Assembly (NCBI RefSeq): GCF_001735745.1
Contig: NZ_CP017260.1
Coordinates: 1,860,001 to 1,892,000 of the forward strand
From: Formosa sp. Hel1_33_131
Lineage (GTDB): Bacteria; Bacteroidota; Bacteroidia; Flavobacteriales; Flavobacteriaceae
Length of the DNA: 32,000 nt
Reading direction: 5' to 3'
Below, piece by piece: positions 18,376-26,527 of this stretch. The notes beneath the pieces are model-generated. The model was not told the origin of the DNA, searched no databases, and worked only from the letters and a program-made list of their open reading frames with translations. Positions within the stretch are counted from its first letter, which is position 1; each line of letters begins with the position of its first letter. The position numbers and the translations under genes are program-made.

Positions 18376-18429
18376 ACTTATGGTTTTTTTTTTAAGCGGA
18401 ATTAGACTTCTATTTTTTTGATACGTTTT

Positions 18430-19047
18430 CTATTCACAAAACAGGTTATAATCGTCAACTAATTCTATTAAATTATTTGAGTTATATAATTTATTTTCTA
18501 AATAATAAACAATTTTGCCGCAGTCAGAAAAATATTTTTTTGCTCTAGAAATAAAACTCCCAAAACTATTTGGGCCACTTATTAATTTTGCTATTTGCTC
18601 ATTATTTCTTTTGAGATAAAATTGAGAATCTTCGTAATAAGTTGTTATCGAGTGAAAGTTTGGGTCTGCATTAAACATGCTATGACTTTTTAAAACACTT
18701 CTTGTGTATAAGTTTACTTTTCCGCGAACAACTAGTTCCATTAATACATATTTCTTCTTTTTTATAGGAACGAATACGTAATGTAGTGTCGTAAAGTCTT
18801 CATCTCCAAAAATGACTTCTTCGACAGTATCGCTTCCAAATTTTTTCCTAGGGGATTTTCTATTTTTCCGATATTTAAAATCGGTACTTCCTATTGATAT
18901 TAGTCCGCCAGAGTGTAATGGGAATTTCACCAAGCCTCTAAACGAAGAGCCATTCTTTAAGACTACTTTTGCAGGAGTCCATTCGTATTGGGCGTGAACT
19001 GAAAAAAAGATAAAAAACGTTAAAATTAAAAATATGTTTTTTGTCAT
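18430..19047 (-). CDS. secreted hypothetical protein
   Basis: 205-aa ORF with signal peptide MTKNIFLILTFFIFFSVHAQ. No family recognised. Confidence 0.5.
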   Translation of the reverse strand: MTKNIFLILTFFIFFSVHAQYEWTPAKVVLKNGSSFRGLVKFPLHSGGLISIGSTDFKYRKNRKSPRKKFGSDTVEEVIFGDEDFTTLHYVFVPIKKKKYVLMELVVRGKVNLYTRSVLKSHSMFNADPNFHSITTYYEDSQFYLKRNNEQIAKLISGPNSFGSFISRAKKYFSDCGKIVYYLENKLYNSNNLIELVDDYNLFCE

Positions 19048-19105
19048 TACAGTTATTTAGATTTTCTGAGCTGTTGTGGAGCGACTAGAAGTTGCCTAAA
19101 ATGTT

Positions 19106-19492
19106 TTACTCCTTTATTTTCATTGGGATGTTAAATTCGTGCTTTTCTTTTCGTTTTTCTCCAAATCTAACTTTTACTTTCAAAGTGTCTGTTTCAAGAT
19201 GATTATTTGAAACTTTAATTTCTGTTCTTATCGTTCCGCCTTTTGTTCCAAGCACGCGAATTCCAGCCCCGTAAACAGAGAAAGTATTTGGTTCTATATT
19301 AGTTAGTACAAAGTTTATTTCAGTTGGCTTATCATATTCCAAATAATCATTTCCGTTCAGTATTTGTATTTCTACTTTTTGATTTCCATTCTTGTAAATC
19401 AAATCCGTTTTTTTAGTTTCGGAATTTCTACAACTGTAAATGGTAAAAGTCATAAATACGATGAATGATTTCAATGCTATGTTTTTATTCAT
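19106..19492 (-). CDS. small lipoprotein, function unknown
   Basis: The track ORF starts at TTG 19516. The ATG at 19492 gives MNKNIALKSFIVFMTFTIYSC, a lipobox-like signal. Confidence 0.5.
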   Translation of the reverse strand: MNKNIALKSFIVFMTFTIYSCRNSETKKTDLIYKNGNQKVEIQILNGNDYLEYDKPTEINFVLTNIEPNTFSVYGAGIRVLGTKGGTIRTEIKVSNNHLETDTLKVKVRFGEKRKEKHEFNIPMKIKE

Positions 19493-19561
19493 AAAAATTG
19501 GTGAGTATTTCCGCAACCTCTTCGTGTATGGTTAGTTGCGGCGTTTGGCAGTATTTGTTTT

Positions 19562-20254
19562 TTAACACGATGAACAACTTCCAACTTTATTCTCTATAAA
19601 TAATTGATTATCACTTTTGTCAGATAAAAATAACGACAAGCCTATTCCTGCCAAATGAGTTGAAGTTCCAACCAACATATCAAGACGATTATCACCATTT
19701 AAATCACCAATCCAATAAAGGTAAATTCCACCTTCAAAACCACCGGAGGAAAAGGAAGGAATATCCATTTTTACAATACTTTTATTAGTTTTCCCACAAG
19801 CAACTCTTAATTCATAATTTTCTATTTTCTTAAAATATGGAAATTCATTATTTTTAGTTTCGATTAATTTACCTTTTGTGTAAATCGAATAGCCTCTGCT
19901 CTTTTCTTCGTTTTCAGAGTTTGGAACGGAAAACATTATGGTTTCTCCAGGATACATTTTTCTATTTATCCATCTTCCAATTGTTGAATCTTTTATAGAA
20001 TTCAATCCTTTAATTATAAATTTCGGTTGAATACTACTGTCAGAATTGTATTTTTTAATGTTAAAATTAGTGAGATTATATTTTTCTTTTTCATAAACTG
20101 CGAAGTAATCAGAAAAATCAATCTTAGTTTCATCCATTCCACTTCTTTCGTAGCAATTCATTAACATAACACTTATCGGATTCTCGTTTTCTAAATTTTG
20201 AGAATAGATATTGCAATAAATTAACAATGAAAAAATTAGAAATCGTATGTTCAT
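19562..20254 (-). CDS. secreted hypothetical protein with one FG-GAP-like calcium-binding motif
   Basis: 230-aa ORF with a signal peptide. GDLNGDNRLDMLVGT resembles an FG-GAP/VCBS repeat core. Confidence 0.5.
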   Translation of the reverse strand: MNIRFLIFSLLIYCNIYSQNLENENPISVMLMNCYERSGMDETKIDFSDYFAVYEKEKYNLTNFNIKKYNSDSSIQPKFIIKGLNSIKDSTIGRWINRKMYPGETIMFSVPNSENEEKSRGYSIYTKGKLIETKNNEFPYFKKIENYELRVACGKTNKSIVKMDIPSFSSGGFEGGIYLYWIGDLNGDNRLDMLVGTSTHLAGIGLSLFLSDKSDNQLFIENKVGSCSSC

Positions 20255-20631
20255 AGTTTATTACTAATTATTGCCGTCGTGTTTGTGTATAATTTTGTTG
20301 CATGCTGAAGCACTTAACTTTAGTAAATACAAATCTAAAGGCAAAGTCCCCCGATTTAGAGCAAGGTAATTCATTTTTTCAATTGTATACAACGACCCCT
20401 TCAAGTATGTTTATCCCTTTTAAATTCAATGTTCTGTAGAACTTTCTCTCCCAACCGCCCACGGCTTCGCCACAATGAGTCCCGTTTTTTTTAAAATGAA
20501 AATCACTAAAAACAGCTTTAGGAATTGGTGCAACGACTAAAGCCCTTCTAAAAAGGGTAATTTAAACTTACTTTCGTACCATTGGTCGTGAAGAAAAACG
20601 TTTGGGGTTTTAATTCGAGAATAAATATAAT

Positions 20632-20662
20632 AAAAAAAAGGCAACCATTGTAATTCGCCTTC
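20632..20662 (-). terminator. putative intrinsic terminator of the acyl-CoA dehydrogenase gene
   Basis: On the minus-strand RNA this forms an 8-bp stem with 2 G-U pairs (20655-20662 / 20637-20644) and a 10-nt loop, followed by a U-run (A8 at 20632-20639 on plus). It lies 14 nt after the stop codon. Confidence 0.4.
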
Positions 20663-20675
20663 GATTATAATCAAA

Positions 20676-21818
20676 CTAATCTTTAAGCACCGCTCTCGAA
20701 ATCACCATTTTTTGAATTTCAGACGTCCCCTCATAGATTTGAGTAATCTTGGCATCCCGCATCAAACGCTCTACATGGTAGTCTTTTACAAACCCATTTC
20801 CACCGTGAATTTGTACCGCTTCCACTGTATGTTCCATGGCGATTCTCGATGCAAACAGTTTTGCCATCGCACTCGACGTGTCATAAGAAACCTTCTGGTC
20901 TTTTTCCCATGCCGCTTTCATCACCATGTGGCGTGCTGCTTCAATATCCGTAGCCATATCCGCCAATTTAAAAGCAATCGCTTGGTGGTTGCAAATTTCG
21001 GTGCCAAAAGCCTTGCGTTGTTTGGAGTATGCCAACGCCAATTCATAAGCGCCAGAAGCAATCCCTAATGCCTGAGACGCAATTCCAATCCGCCCACCAG
21101 ACAAAGTTTTCATTGCAAATTTAAATCCAAATCCATCCACGCCAATACGGTTTTCTTTGGGCACTTTTACATCGTTAAATTGTAGCGTATGTGTATCGCT
21201 TCCACGAATTCCGAGCTTGTCTTCTTTGGGTCCAATCTCAAAACCAGCCATCCCTTTCTCGATGATAAACGCATTGATTCCTTTAGACCCTTTACTGCGA
21301 TCCGTTTGTGCAATCACAATATATACATCCGATCGGCCGCCATTGGTAATCCAGTTTTTAGTCCCATTAATCACATAATGATCCCCTTGATCGATCGCCG
21401 TGGTTTGTTGGGAAGTGGCATCACTGCCCGCTTCGGGTTCGCTCAAACAAAAGGCACCCACATGTTCGCCACTTGCTAATTTTGGGAGGTATTTTTCTTT
21501 CTGAGCTTCCGATCCATACGTCTCAATGCCGTAACAAACCAAAGAATTATTGACTGATACAATCACAGATGCCGACGCATCTACTTTCGAGAGTTCTTCC
21601 ATAATCAGCACATACGAAATGGTGTCCATGCCGCTTCCGCCATATTTTGGATCCACCATGATGCCCATAAAACCAAGTGCTCCCATTTTTTTTACTAAAT
21701 TGTCGGGAAATTCTTGGAGAGTATCTCGTTTAATAACGCCGGGACGTAATTCTGTTTGTGCAAAATCACGCGCAGCGTCACGAACCATAAGGTGTTCTTC
21801 AGATAAAGAAAAATTCAT
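20676..21818 (-). CDS. acyl-CoA dehydrogenase (short/medium-chain, butyryl-CoA dehydrogenase-like)
   Basis: Strong family resemblance throughout (..GAFCLSEPEAGSDA.., ..NGTKNWITNG.., ..QIHGGNGF..DY.VER..RDAKITQIYEGTSEIQ..). I start the gene at the internal ATG 21818 (MNFSLSEEHLM...), because the 29-aa track extension is hydrophobic junk running into the divergent promoter. Confidence 0.9.
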   Translation of the reverse strand: MNFSLSEEHLMVRDAARDFAQTELRPGVIKRDTLQEFPDNLVKKMGALGFMGIMVDPKYGGSGMDTISYVLIMEELSKVDASASVIVSVNNSLVCYGIETYGSEAQKEKYLPKLASGEHVGAFCLSEPEAGSDATSQQTTAIDQGDHYVINGTKNWITNGGRSDVYIVIAQTDRSKGSKGINAFIIEKGMAGFEIGPKEDKLGIRGSDTHTLQFNDVKVPKENRIGVDGFGFKFAMKTLSGGRIGIASQALGIASGAYELALAYSKQRKAFGTEICNHQAIAFKLADMATDIEAARHMVMKAAWEKDQKVSYDTSSAMAKLFASRIAMEHTVEAVQIHGGNGFVKDYHVERLMRDAKITQIYEGTSEIQKMVISRAVLKD

Positions 21819-21837
21819 AAAAAGTGTATTTGTGATC

Positions 21838-21845
21838 CAAATATA
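21838..21845 (-). promoter_or_regulatory. -7 box (TATATTTG) of the acyl-CoA dehydrogenase promoter
   Basis: Perfect match to the Bacteroidetes sigma-A -7 consensus TAnnTTTG on the minus strand, ending 19 nt upstream of the ATG at 21818. Confidence 0.45.
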
Positions 21846-21851
21846 TAAAAA

Positions 21852-21875
21852 ATTTACTATGCATGCATAGTAAAT
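21852..21875. promoter_or_regulatory. 24-bp perfect palindrome, candidate operator
   Basis: ATTTACTATGCA|TGCATAGTAAAT is exactly self-complementary. It lies between the divergent acyl-CoA dehydrogenase and anmK starts. Confidence 0.4.
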
Positions 21876-21892
21876 AAGCATAAATATTAAGT

Positions 21893-22987
21893 ATGATCCA
21901 TTCAAATTTTAATAAAAAATCAAAATACAATGTTATAGGAGTCATGTCGGGAACCTCGCTCGACGGGATCGATTTATGCCTTTCAAACTTTGAATATGGA
22001 ACCTCTTGGAAGTTTCAAATCAGCGCTGCCGAAACGGTGGAATACTCTGAAATATGGAAACAACGTTTAAGAACCGCCATCGATTTAAACTCAAAAGAAT
22101 TAGAAATTTTGAATGCAGATTACACTCGGTTTTTAGCCGACGTGATTCAAACGTTTATGAAGGCGCATAGCGGTACAAAAATAGATGCCGTTTGCAGTCA
22201 TGGGCACACCGTTTTTCATGAACCCAACCTTGGAAAAACGCTTCAAATCGGGAATTTACCCGTTTTGGCAACCTATTTGAATCAAACTGTGGTTTGTGAT
22301 TTCCGTACGCAAGACGTCGCTTTAGGTGGTCAAGGTGCACCTTTGGTACCCATTGGCGATGCGCTCTTATTTTCGGAGCATGACTACTGTCTAAATTTAG
22401 GAGGCTTTGCCAATATTTCTTTTGAACAAAATTCCGAACGGATTGCTTTCGACGTCTGTCCTGTCAATATTGTACTCAACCACTATGTGGCAACTTTGGG
22501 AATGGCCTATGACTCCGAAGGTCAAATAGCAGCCAAAGGAACCGTTTGCAAACCCTTGTTAGAGGTCTTGAATGCATTGGAGTTTTACAAACGACAACCT
22601 CCAAAATCATTGGGATTGGAGTGGGTGCAAAGCGAAATTTTTCCATTGATAGAAAGTTATAATTTAGAAGTCCCAATGGTTCTAAGAACCGTGATCGAAC
22701 ACTGCGCCGTACAACTTTCAAGTGTTTTAAAAACACATCAGTTGAAAAAGGGATTGATAACGGGAGGCGGTGTGTTTAATACCTTTTTAATGCAACGCAT
22801 TTCAGAGTTATCTGGAGACCACTTACAACCAACACAGCCTCTAATTATCGACTTTAAAGAAGCCTTGGTATTTGGGTTTTTAGGCGTTTTGAGATTGCGA
22901 AATGAACCCAATTGTCTTCGATCTGTCACGGGCGCTTCCAGAGATCATAGCGGAGGATATATTTATTTCCCTGAAAAAAAGATTTAA
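21893..22987 (+). CDS. anmK: anhydro-N-acetylmuramic acid kinase
   Basis: 364-aa ORF with the N-terminal ..VIGVMSGTSLDGIDL.. motif and ..DVALGGQGAPLVP.., both hallmark AnmK blocks. Confidence 0.85.
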   Translation: MIHSNFNKKSKYNVIGVMSGTSLDGIDLCLSNFEYGTSWKFQISAAETVEYSEIWKQRLRTAIDLNSKELEILNADYTRFLADVIQTFMKAHSGTKIDAVCSHGHTVFHEPNLGKTLQIGNLPVLATYLNQTVVCDFRTQDVALGGQGAPLVPIGDALLFSEHDYCLNLGGFANISFEQNSERIAFDVCPVNIVLNHYVATLGMAYDSEGQIAAKGTVCKPLLEVLNALEFYKRQPPKSLGLEWVQSEIFPLIESYNLEVPMVLRTVIEHCAVQLSSVLKTHQLKKGLITGGGVFNTFLMQRISELSGDHLQPTQPLIIDFKEALVFGFLGVLRLRNEPNCLRSVTGASRDHSGGYIYFPEKKI

Positions 22988-22990
22988 ATT

Positions 22991-23020
22991 TATAAAAAAC
23001 CTGTTTAGTTTTTTATATTT
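22991..23020 (+). terminator. AT-rich hairpin after anmK (weak terminator candidate)
   Basis: TATAAAAAAC (22991-23000) and GTTTTTTATA (23008-23017) form a perfect 10-bp stem with a 7-nt loop, followed by TTT. It starts 4 nt after the anmK stop. Confidence 0.35.
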
Positions 23021-23021
23021 G
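23014..23021 (+). promoter_or_regulatory. -7 box (TATATTTG) upstream of nhaD
   Basis: Perfect TAnnTTTG match 52 nt upstream of the ATG at 23074. No clean -33 TTG was found. Confidence 0.35.
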
Positions 23022-23073
23022 TTTCGCAGTTCCTACAAATGAAGACTGTACCTAAACCTTGAACAACTTATAT

Positions 23074-24465
23074 ATGGAAGCGGTTATTATTATTGTATTT
23101 ATTACCGGCTATTTAGCCATCACCCTCGAACACAGTTTAAAAATAGACAAATTAATTCCAGCCTTGGTCATGATGGCCTTTAGTTGGGCGTTGATTTCTT
23201 TTGGAATTGATGACTTTAATACCTGGTTTGATTCTGGAAAACATGCCCTTCTTAGCAACTTTGAGGCGTTTGGTCATACAGAAAAAATGCACATTCTCGA
23301 AGAAACCTTATTACACCACTTAGGGAAAACAGCAGAAATACTCGTCTTTTTAATTGGCGCAATGACCATCGTTGAAATTATTGCCTATTTCAATGGATTC
23401 TCGACTATAAAGAACTTTATTAAAACCAAAAAGAAAACAAAGTTACTCTGGATTTTTGCGGTGCTAGCGTTTGTGCTATCCGCAATTATTGATAATTTAA
23501 CGGCAACGATTGTTTTGATTTCATTACTTCAGAAAATAATTCACGACCGAAAAATGCGCCTTTGGTTTGCGGGACTTATTGTTGTTGCAGCCAATGCGGG
23601 CGGTGCTTTTTCTCCAATTGGAGACGTCACCACCACCATGTTATGGATTGCCAATAAAGTAAGTACAGGACATTTGTTTGGATACTTGCTTTTACCTTCC
23701 ATTGTGTGTATGGTTGTACCAACCTTCATAGCGTCTAGATTGTCTGTTTTTAAAGGCTCTTTAGAATTGGAAACAGGCGAGTCGGAACCCACAGGGCGTT
23801 TTAGTGGCACTATGCTTTATTTAGGTTTAGCTGCCATTATTTTTGTACCTATTTTTAAAATGGCAACGCATCTACCTCCTTATGTGGGAATGATGCTTTC
23901 ATTAGGAGTTGTCGCCATCTTTGCAGAACTATACAGTTCTTCAAAATTTAGTTTGAAAGATTTAGATAAAGAAAACGCAGAAGGCCACGTTATTCACAGC
24001 CCCGTACACGTTGCATTGACAAAAATAGAATTGCCGAGCATTCTATTCTTTTTAGGGATTTTAATGGCGGTTGCCGCCTTGGAATCTTTAGGAATTTTAT
24101 TTGGTTTTGCAGATTGGCTTAAAGAGTCAACACCCGCTTTGGGAACCGAAATTGCTGGAGCAGAAATATCTGATTTAGTGGTGTTGCTATTAGGCGTAGG
24201 CTCTGCGGTGATTGATAATGTTCCGTTGGTAGCAGCCTCTTTAGGAATGTTTTCTCAACCTTTGGACGATCAACTTTGGCATTTTATTGCCTATTCCGCA
24301 GGAACGGGAGGAAGCATGCTTATCATTGGATCGGCGGCTGGAGTCGTAGCCATGGGTATGGAGAAAATCAACTTTTTCTGGTACTTAAAAAAAATCTCTT
24401 GGTTGGCCTTAATCGGGTTTTTAGCAGGAGCAGTTGTATTTTTCTTTACAAGAACACTTTTTTAA
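23074..24465 (+). CDS. nhaD: NhaD-family sodium:proton antiporter
   Basis: Polytopic membrane ORF whose N-terminus MEAVIIIVFITGYLAITLEH..KIDK and ..IDNLTATIV.. / ..IDNVPLVAA.. repeats are typical of NhaD/ArsB-fold antiporters. The ATG at 23074 is preferred over the TTG at 23059 used in the track. Confidence 0.8.
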   Translation: MEAVIIIVFITGYLAITLEHSLKIDKLIPALVMMAFSWALISFGIDDFNTWFDSGKHALLSNFEAFGHTEKMHILEETLLHHLGKTAEILVFLIGAMTIVEIIAYFNGFSTIKNFIKTKKKTKLLWIFAVLAFVLSAIIDNLTATIVLISLLQKIIHDRKMRLWFAGLIVVAANAGGAFSPIGDVTTTMLWIANKVSTGHLFGYLLLPSIVCMVVPTFIASRLSVFKGSLELETGESEPTGRFSGTMLYLGLAAIIFVPIFKMATHLPPYVGMMLSLGVVAIFAELYSSSKFSLKDLDKENAEGHVIHSPVHVALTKIELPSILFFLGILMAVAALESLGILFGFADWLKESTPALGTEIAGAEISDLVVLLLGVGSAVIDNVPLVAASLGMFSQPLDDQLWHFIAYSAGTGGSMLIIGSAAGVVAMGMEKINFFWYLKKISWLALIGFLAGAVVFFFTRTLF

Positions 24466-24521
24466 AAATACTTTAGTTCACATTTTTACGTTTTAAAATT
24501 CAAAGTAATACTTAAACATAT

Positions 24522-25214
24522 ATGATCACCACCCGTATTCAAGATGAAATCGCAATCCAACTGGACGCGGAATCCGTCGAAAAAACATTGTCCATAGTCG
24601 AATTGATTAAAAGTGGAGGCCTCGCGGGGCAGCTCATTATAGCTCTTTTAACCGTACTCCTTGTAGTCGCTTTATATATTTATTTTGAACGCTTGTTCAC
24701 CATAAAAGCCGCTTCTAAAGTCGATCCGAATTTTATGAACCAAATAAAAGACCATGTGGTCAACGGAAAAATTGACGCCGCTAAGGCAGTCTGTGCACAA
24801 GTCAATTCTCCCGTATCACGATTGATTGATAAAGGGATTTCTAGAATCGGACGTCCACTCGCCGATATCAATTCAGCCATTGAAAATGCTGGGAAATTAG
24901 AAGTCTATAGCTTGGAGAAAAACGTAAGCGTGCTCGCAACCATTTCTGGAGCAGCCCCCATGATTGGGTTTTTAGGAACCGTCATCGGGATGATTTTATC
25001 CATTTTTGAAATCGCCAACTCCGGCGGTCAAATCGATATTAAATTATTGGCCGATGGACTCTACACCGCCATGACTACCACCGTTGCCGGTTTGGTCGTT
25101 GGGATTGTCGCCTACATTGCGTTTAACCATATTGTCGGACGCACCAACAAAGTGGTCTATCAAATGGAAGCCAATTCGGTAGAGTTTTTGGATTTACTCA
25201 ACGAACCTATTTAA
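24522..25214 (+). CDS. exbB: MotA/TolQ/ExbB proton-channel family protein
   Basis: 230-aa ORF with three TM segments and the conserved ..LATISGAAPMIGFLGTVIGMI.. and ..TAMTTTVAGLVVGI.. blocks. Confidence 0.85.
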   Translation: MITTRIQDEIAIQLDAESVEKTLSIVELIKSGGLAGQLIIALLTVLLVVALYIYFERLFTIKAASKVDPNFMNQIKDHVVNGKIDAAKAVCAQVNSPVSRLIDKGISRIGRPLADINSAIENAGKLEVYSLEKNVSVLATISGAAPMIGFLGTVIGMILSIFEIANSGGQIDIKLLADGLYTAMTTTVAGLVVGIVAYIAFNHIVGRTNKVVYQMEANSVEFLDLLNEPI

Positions 25215-25215
25215 T

Positions 25216-25608
25216 ATGAATATTAGAGGTCGAAATAAAATCAGTCCAGAGTTTAATATGTCGTCCATGACGGACATTGTGTTTCTATTGTTGATTTTCT
25301 TCATGATAGCATCCACTTTGGTCACCACCAATGCGATTGATATATTATTGCCAACAGCCAGTGGAAAAACAGAAAATAAAAAATCGATTGCCGTCAGTAT
25401 AAAAAAAGATTTGACCTTTTATATCGATCAATCGAAGGTTGAGGTTCAAAATTTAGAAGCTGAATTACTTCAATTACTCCAAAAAGAAACCGCACCAACC
25501 CTTGTGTTGAGAGCTGAAAAATCCGTTCCTGTGGACTATGTCGTCAAAGTGATGGACATAGCCAATCGGAATAAATTCAAAATCATATTAGCTGTAAACC
25601 CAAATTAA
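25216..25608 (+). CDS. exbD: ExbD/TolR biopolymer transport protein
   Basis: 130-aa ORF with ..FNMSSMTDIVFLLLIFFM.. (the conserved Asp in the TM helix). It starts 2 nt after the exbB stop. Confidence 0.85.
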   Translation: MNIRGRNKISPEFNMSSMTDIVFLLLIFFMIASTLVTTNAIDILLPTASGKTENKKSIAVSIKKDLTFYIDQSKVEVQNLEAELLQLLQKETAPTLVLRAEKSVPVDYVVKVMDIANRNKFKIILAVNPN

Positions 25609-25609
25609 G

Positions 25610-26527
25610 ATGGGCTACTTTAAAACCAAACATCAAAAACATTCCGCACGATTGACCACTGTCATCATGCTGTTATTGATCTTGCTCCTATTTATAGTGG
25701 GCCCTGGTTATATGGATCCACCTTTGGAATATGGTGTTGCGGTTAATTTTGGAACCACGGACACTGGAAGCGGAGCAATACAACCCAAAAAACCGTTGGC
25801 GTCGCAATCCACCCCCGTTTCTGAACCGGTCGTAGAACCTGTAAAAGCAGCACCGCCCGTTGAGTCCAGCGAACCTGCCGCAGCAGAAGAGGTGCTTACC
25901 TCCGAAGATTTAGAATCCATTGCCATCAAAAAAGCAGAAGCCGAAACCGCCAAGCTGAAGGCAGACGCAGATGCCAAAGTGAAGGCAGAAACTGAGGCTA
26001 CCGCAAAAGCGCAGGCAGAGGCGAAAGCCAAAGCAGATGCTGAAGCGAAAGCAGAGGAAGAACGTCTCAAAAAAGAGGCCGATATAAAAGCGAAAAAGAA
26101 ACAAGAATTAGATGCTTTGATGGGCGGCATCGGAACAGACGACGGTACCGACACAGGTTCTGAAGGTGATGATGATACTCCAGGTGATAAAGGTCAATTG
26201 AACGGCGATCCCTATGCGCCCAGTTATTTTGGATCTCCGGGAAGTGGAAACGGCGGCGTTGGCTATGGACTGAATGGCCGTGGGCGTCCGTCCAAAACGA
26301 AAGTCATTCCCGACTGTGATGAAGAAGGTAAAGTGGTGGTTGAAATTCATGTCAACCAAAAAGGGAATGTGGTCAAAGCCATCCCCGGAAAACGCGGTAC
26401 GACGGGCGATATCTGTTTGTACGAGGCCGCTAAAAAAACAGCCCTTACCCACAAATGGCCTGCAGATTCCAAAGCACCTGCCAAACAAATTGGTTTTGTG
26501 ATTGTCGATTTTAGCGTCCGCCAATAA
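25610..26527 (+). CDS. TonB-like energy-transducer candidate with an Ala/Lys/Glu-rich spacer
   Basis: One N-terminal TM helix, a Pro-rich segment and then an AKAEAEAKAKADAEAK low-complexity segment. The C-terminal ~80 aa (..KVVVEIHVNQKGNVVKAIPG..RGTT..) is shaped like a TonB C-terminal domain. Its position after exbB-exbD and before folC is as I recall for flavobacteria. Confidence 0.6.
   Translation: MGYFKTKHQKHSARLTTVIMLLLILLLFIVGPGYMDPPLEYGVAVNFGTTDTGSGAIQPKKPLASQSTPVSEPVVEPVKAAPPVESSEPAAAEEVLTSEDLESIAIKKAEAETAKLKADADAKVKAETEATAKAQAEAKAKADAEAKAEEERLKKEADIKAKKKQELDALMGGIGTDDGTDTGSEGDDDTPGDKGQLNGDPYAPSYFGSPGSGNGGVGYGLNGRGRPSKTKVIPDCDEEGKVVVEIHVNQKGNVVKAIPGKRGTTGDICLYEAAKKTALTHKWPADSKAPAKQIGFVIVDFSVRQ

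Noticed and set aside
20341-20365. GGCAAAGTCCCCCG resembling the RNase P RNA P4 element (GGAAAGTCCGGGC)
   Set aside because: Only the AAAGTCC core matches. None of the other universally conserved RNase P blocks (for example ACAGAACCCGGCTTA) are present, and the surrounding 400 nt are far too AT-rich and short for a bacterial RNase P RNA.
21819-21905. 29-codon N-terminal extension of the acyl-CoA dehydrogenase ORF, overlapping the anmK start
   Set aside because: The extension (MNGSYLIFMLIYYACIVNFLYIWITNTLF) is AT-rich promoter DNA read as protein. The family-typical N-terminus begins at the internal Met (MNFSLSEEHLMVRDAARDFAQ), and a perfect -7 box lies inside the extension.
23059-23073. TTG start for nhaD as given in the ORF track
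   Set aside because: An ATG five codons downstream (23074) gives the family-typical N-terminus MEAVIIIVFITGYLAITLEH. The TTG extension adds only MNNLY.
25930-26100. Periodic-looking GCAGA/GCGAAAGC nucleotide repeats that might suggest a tandem repeat or CRISPR-like array
   Set aside because: There are no unit-plus-spacer repeats. The periodicity is simply the codon-level repetition of the AKAEAEAKAKADAEAK protein segment inside a continuous ORF.
25708-26524. Long antisense ORFs (25708..26154, 25910..26104, 26108..26524 on minus; 26274..26501 on plus) overlapping the TonB-like gene
   Set aside because: They mirror the GC-rich, low-complexity Ala/Lys/Glu and Gly-rich coding sequence of the plus-strand gene. 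Their translations are compositionally degenerate (SASA.., CFRF..), and they break the exbB-exbD-tonB-folC operon logic. These are shadow ORFs.
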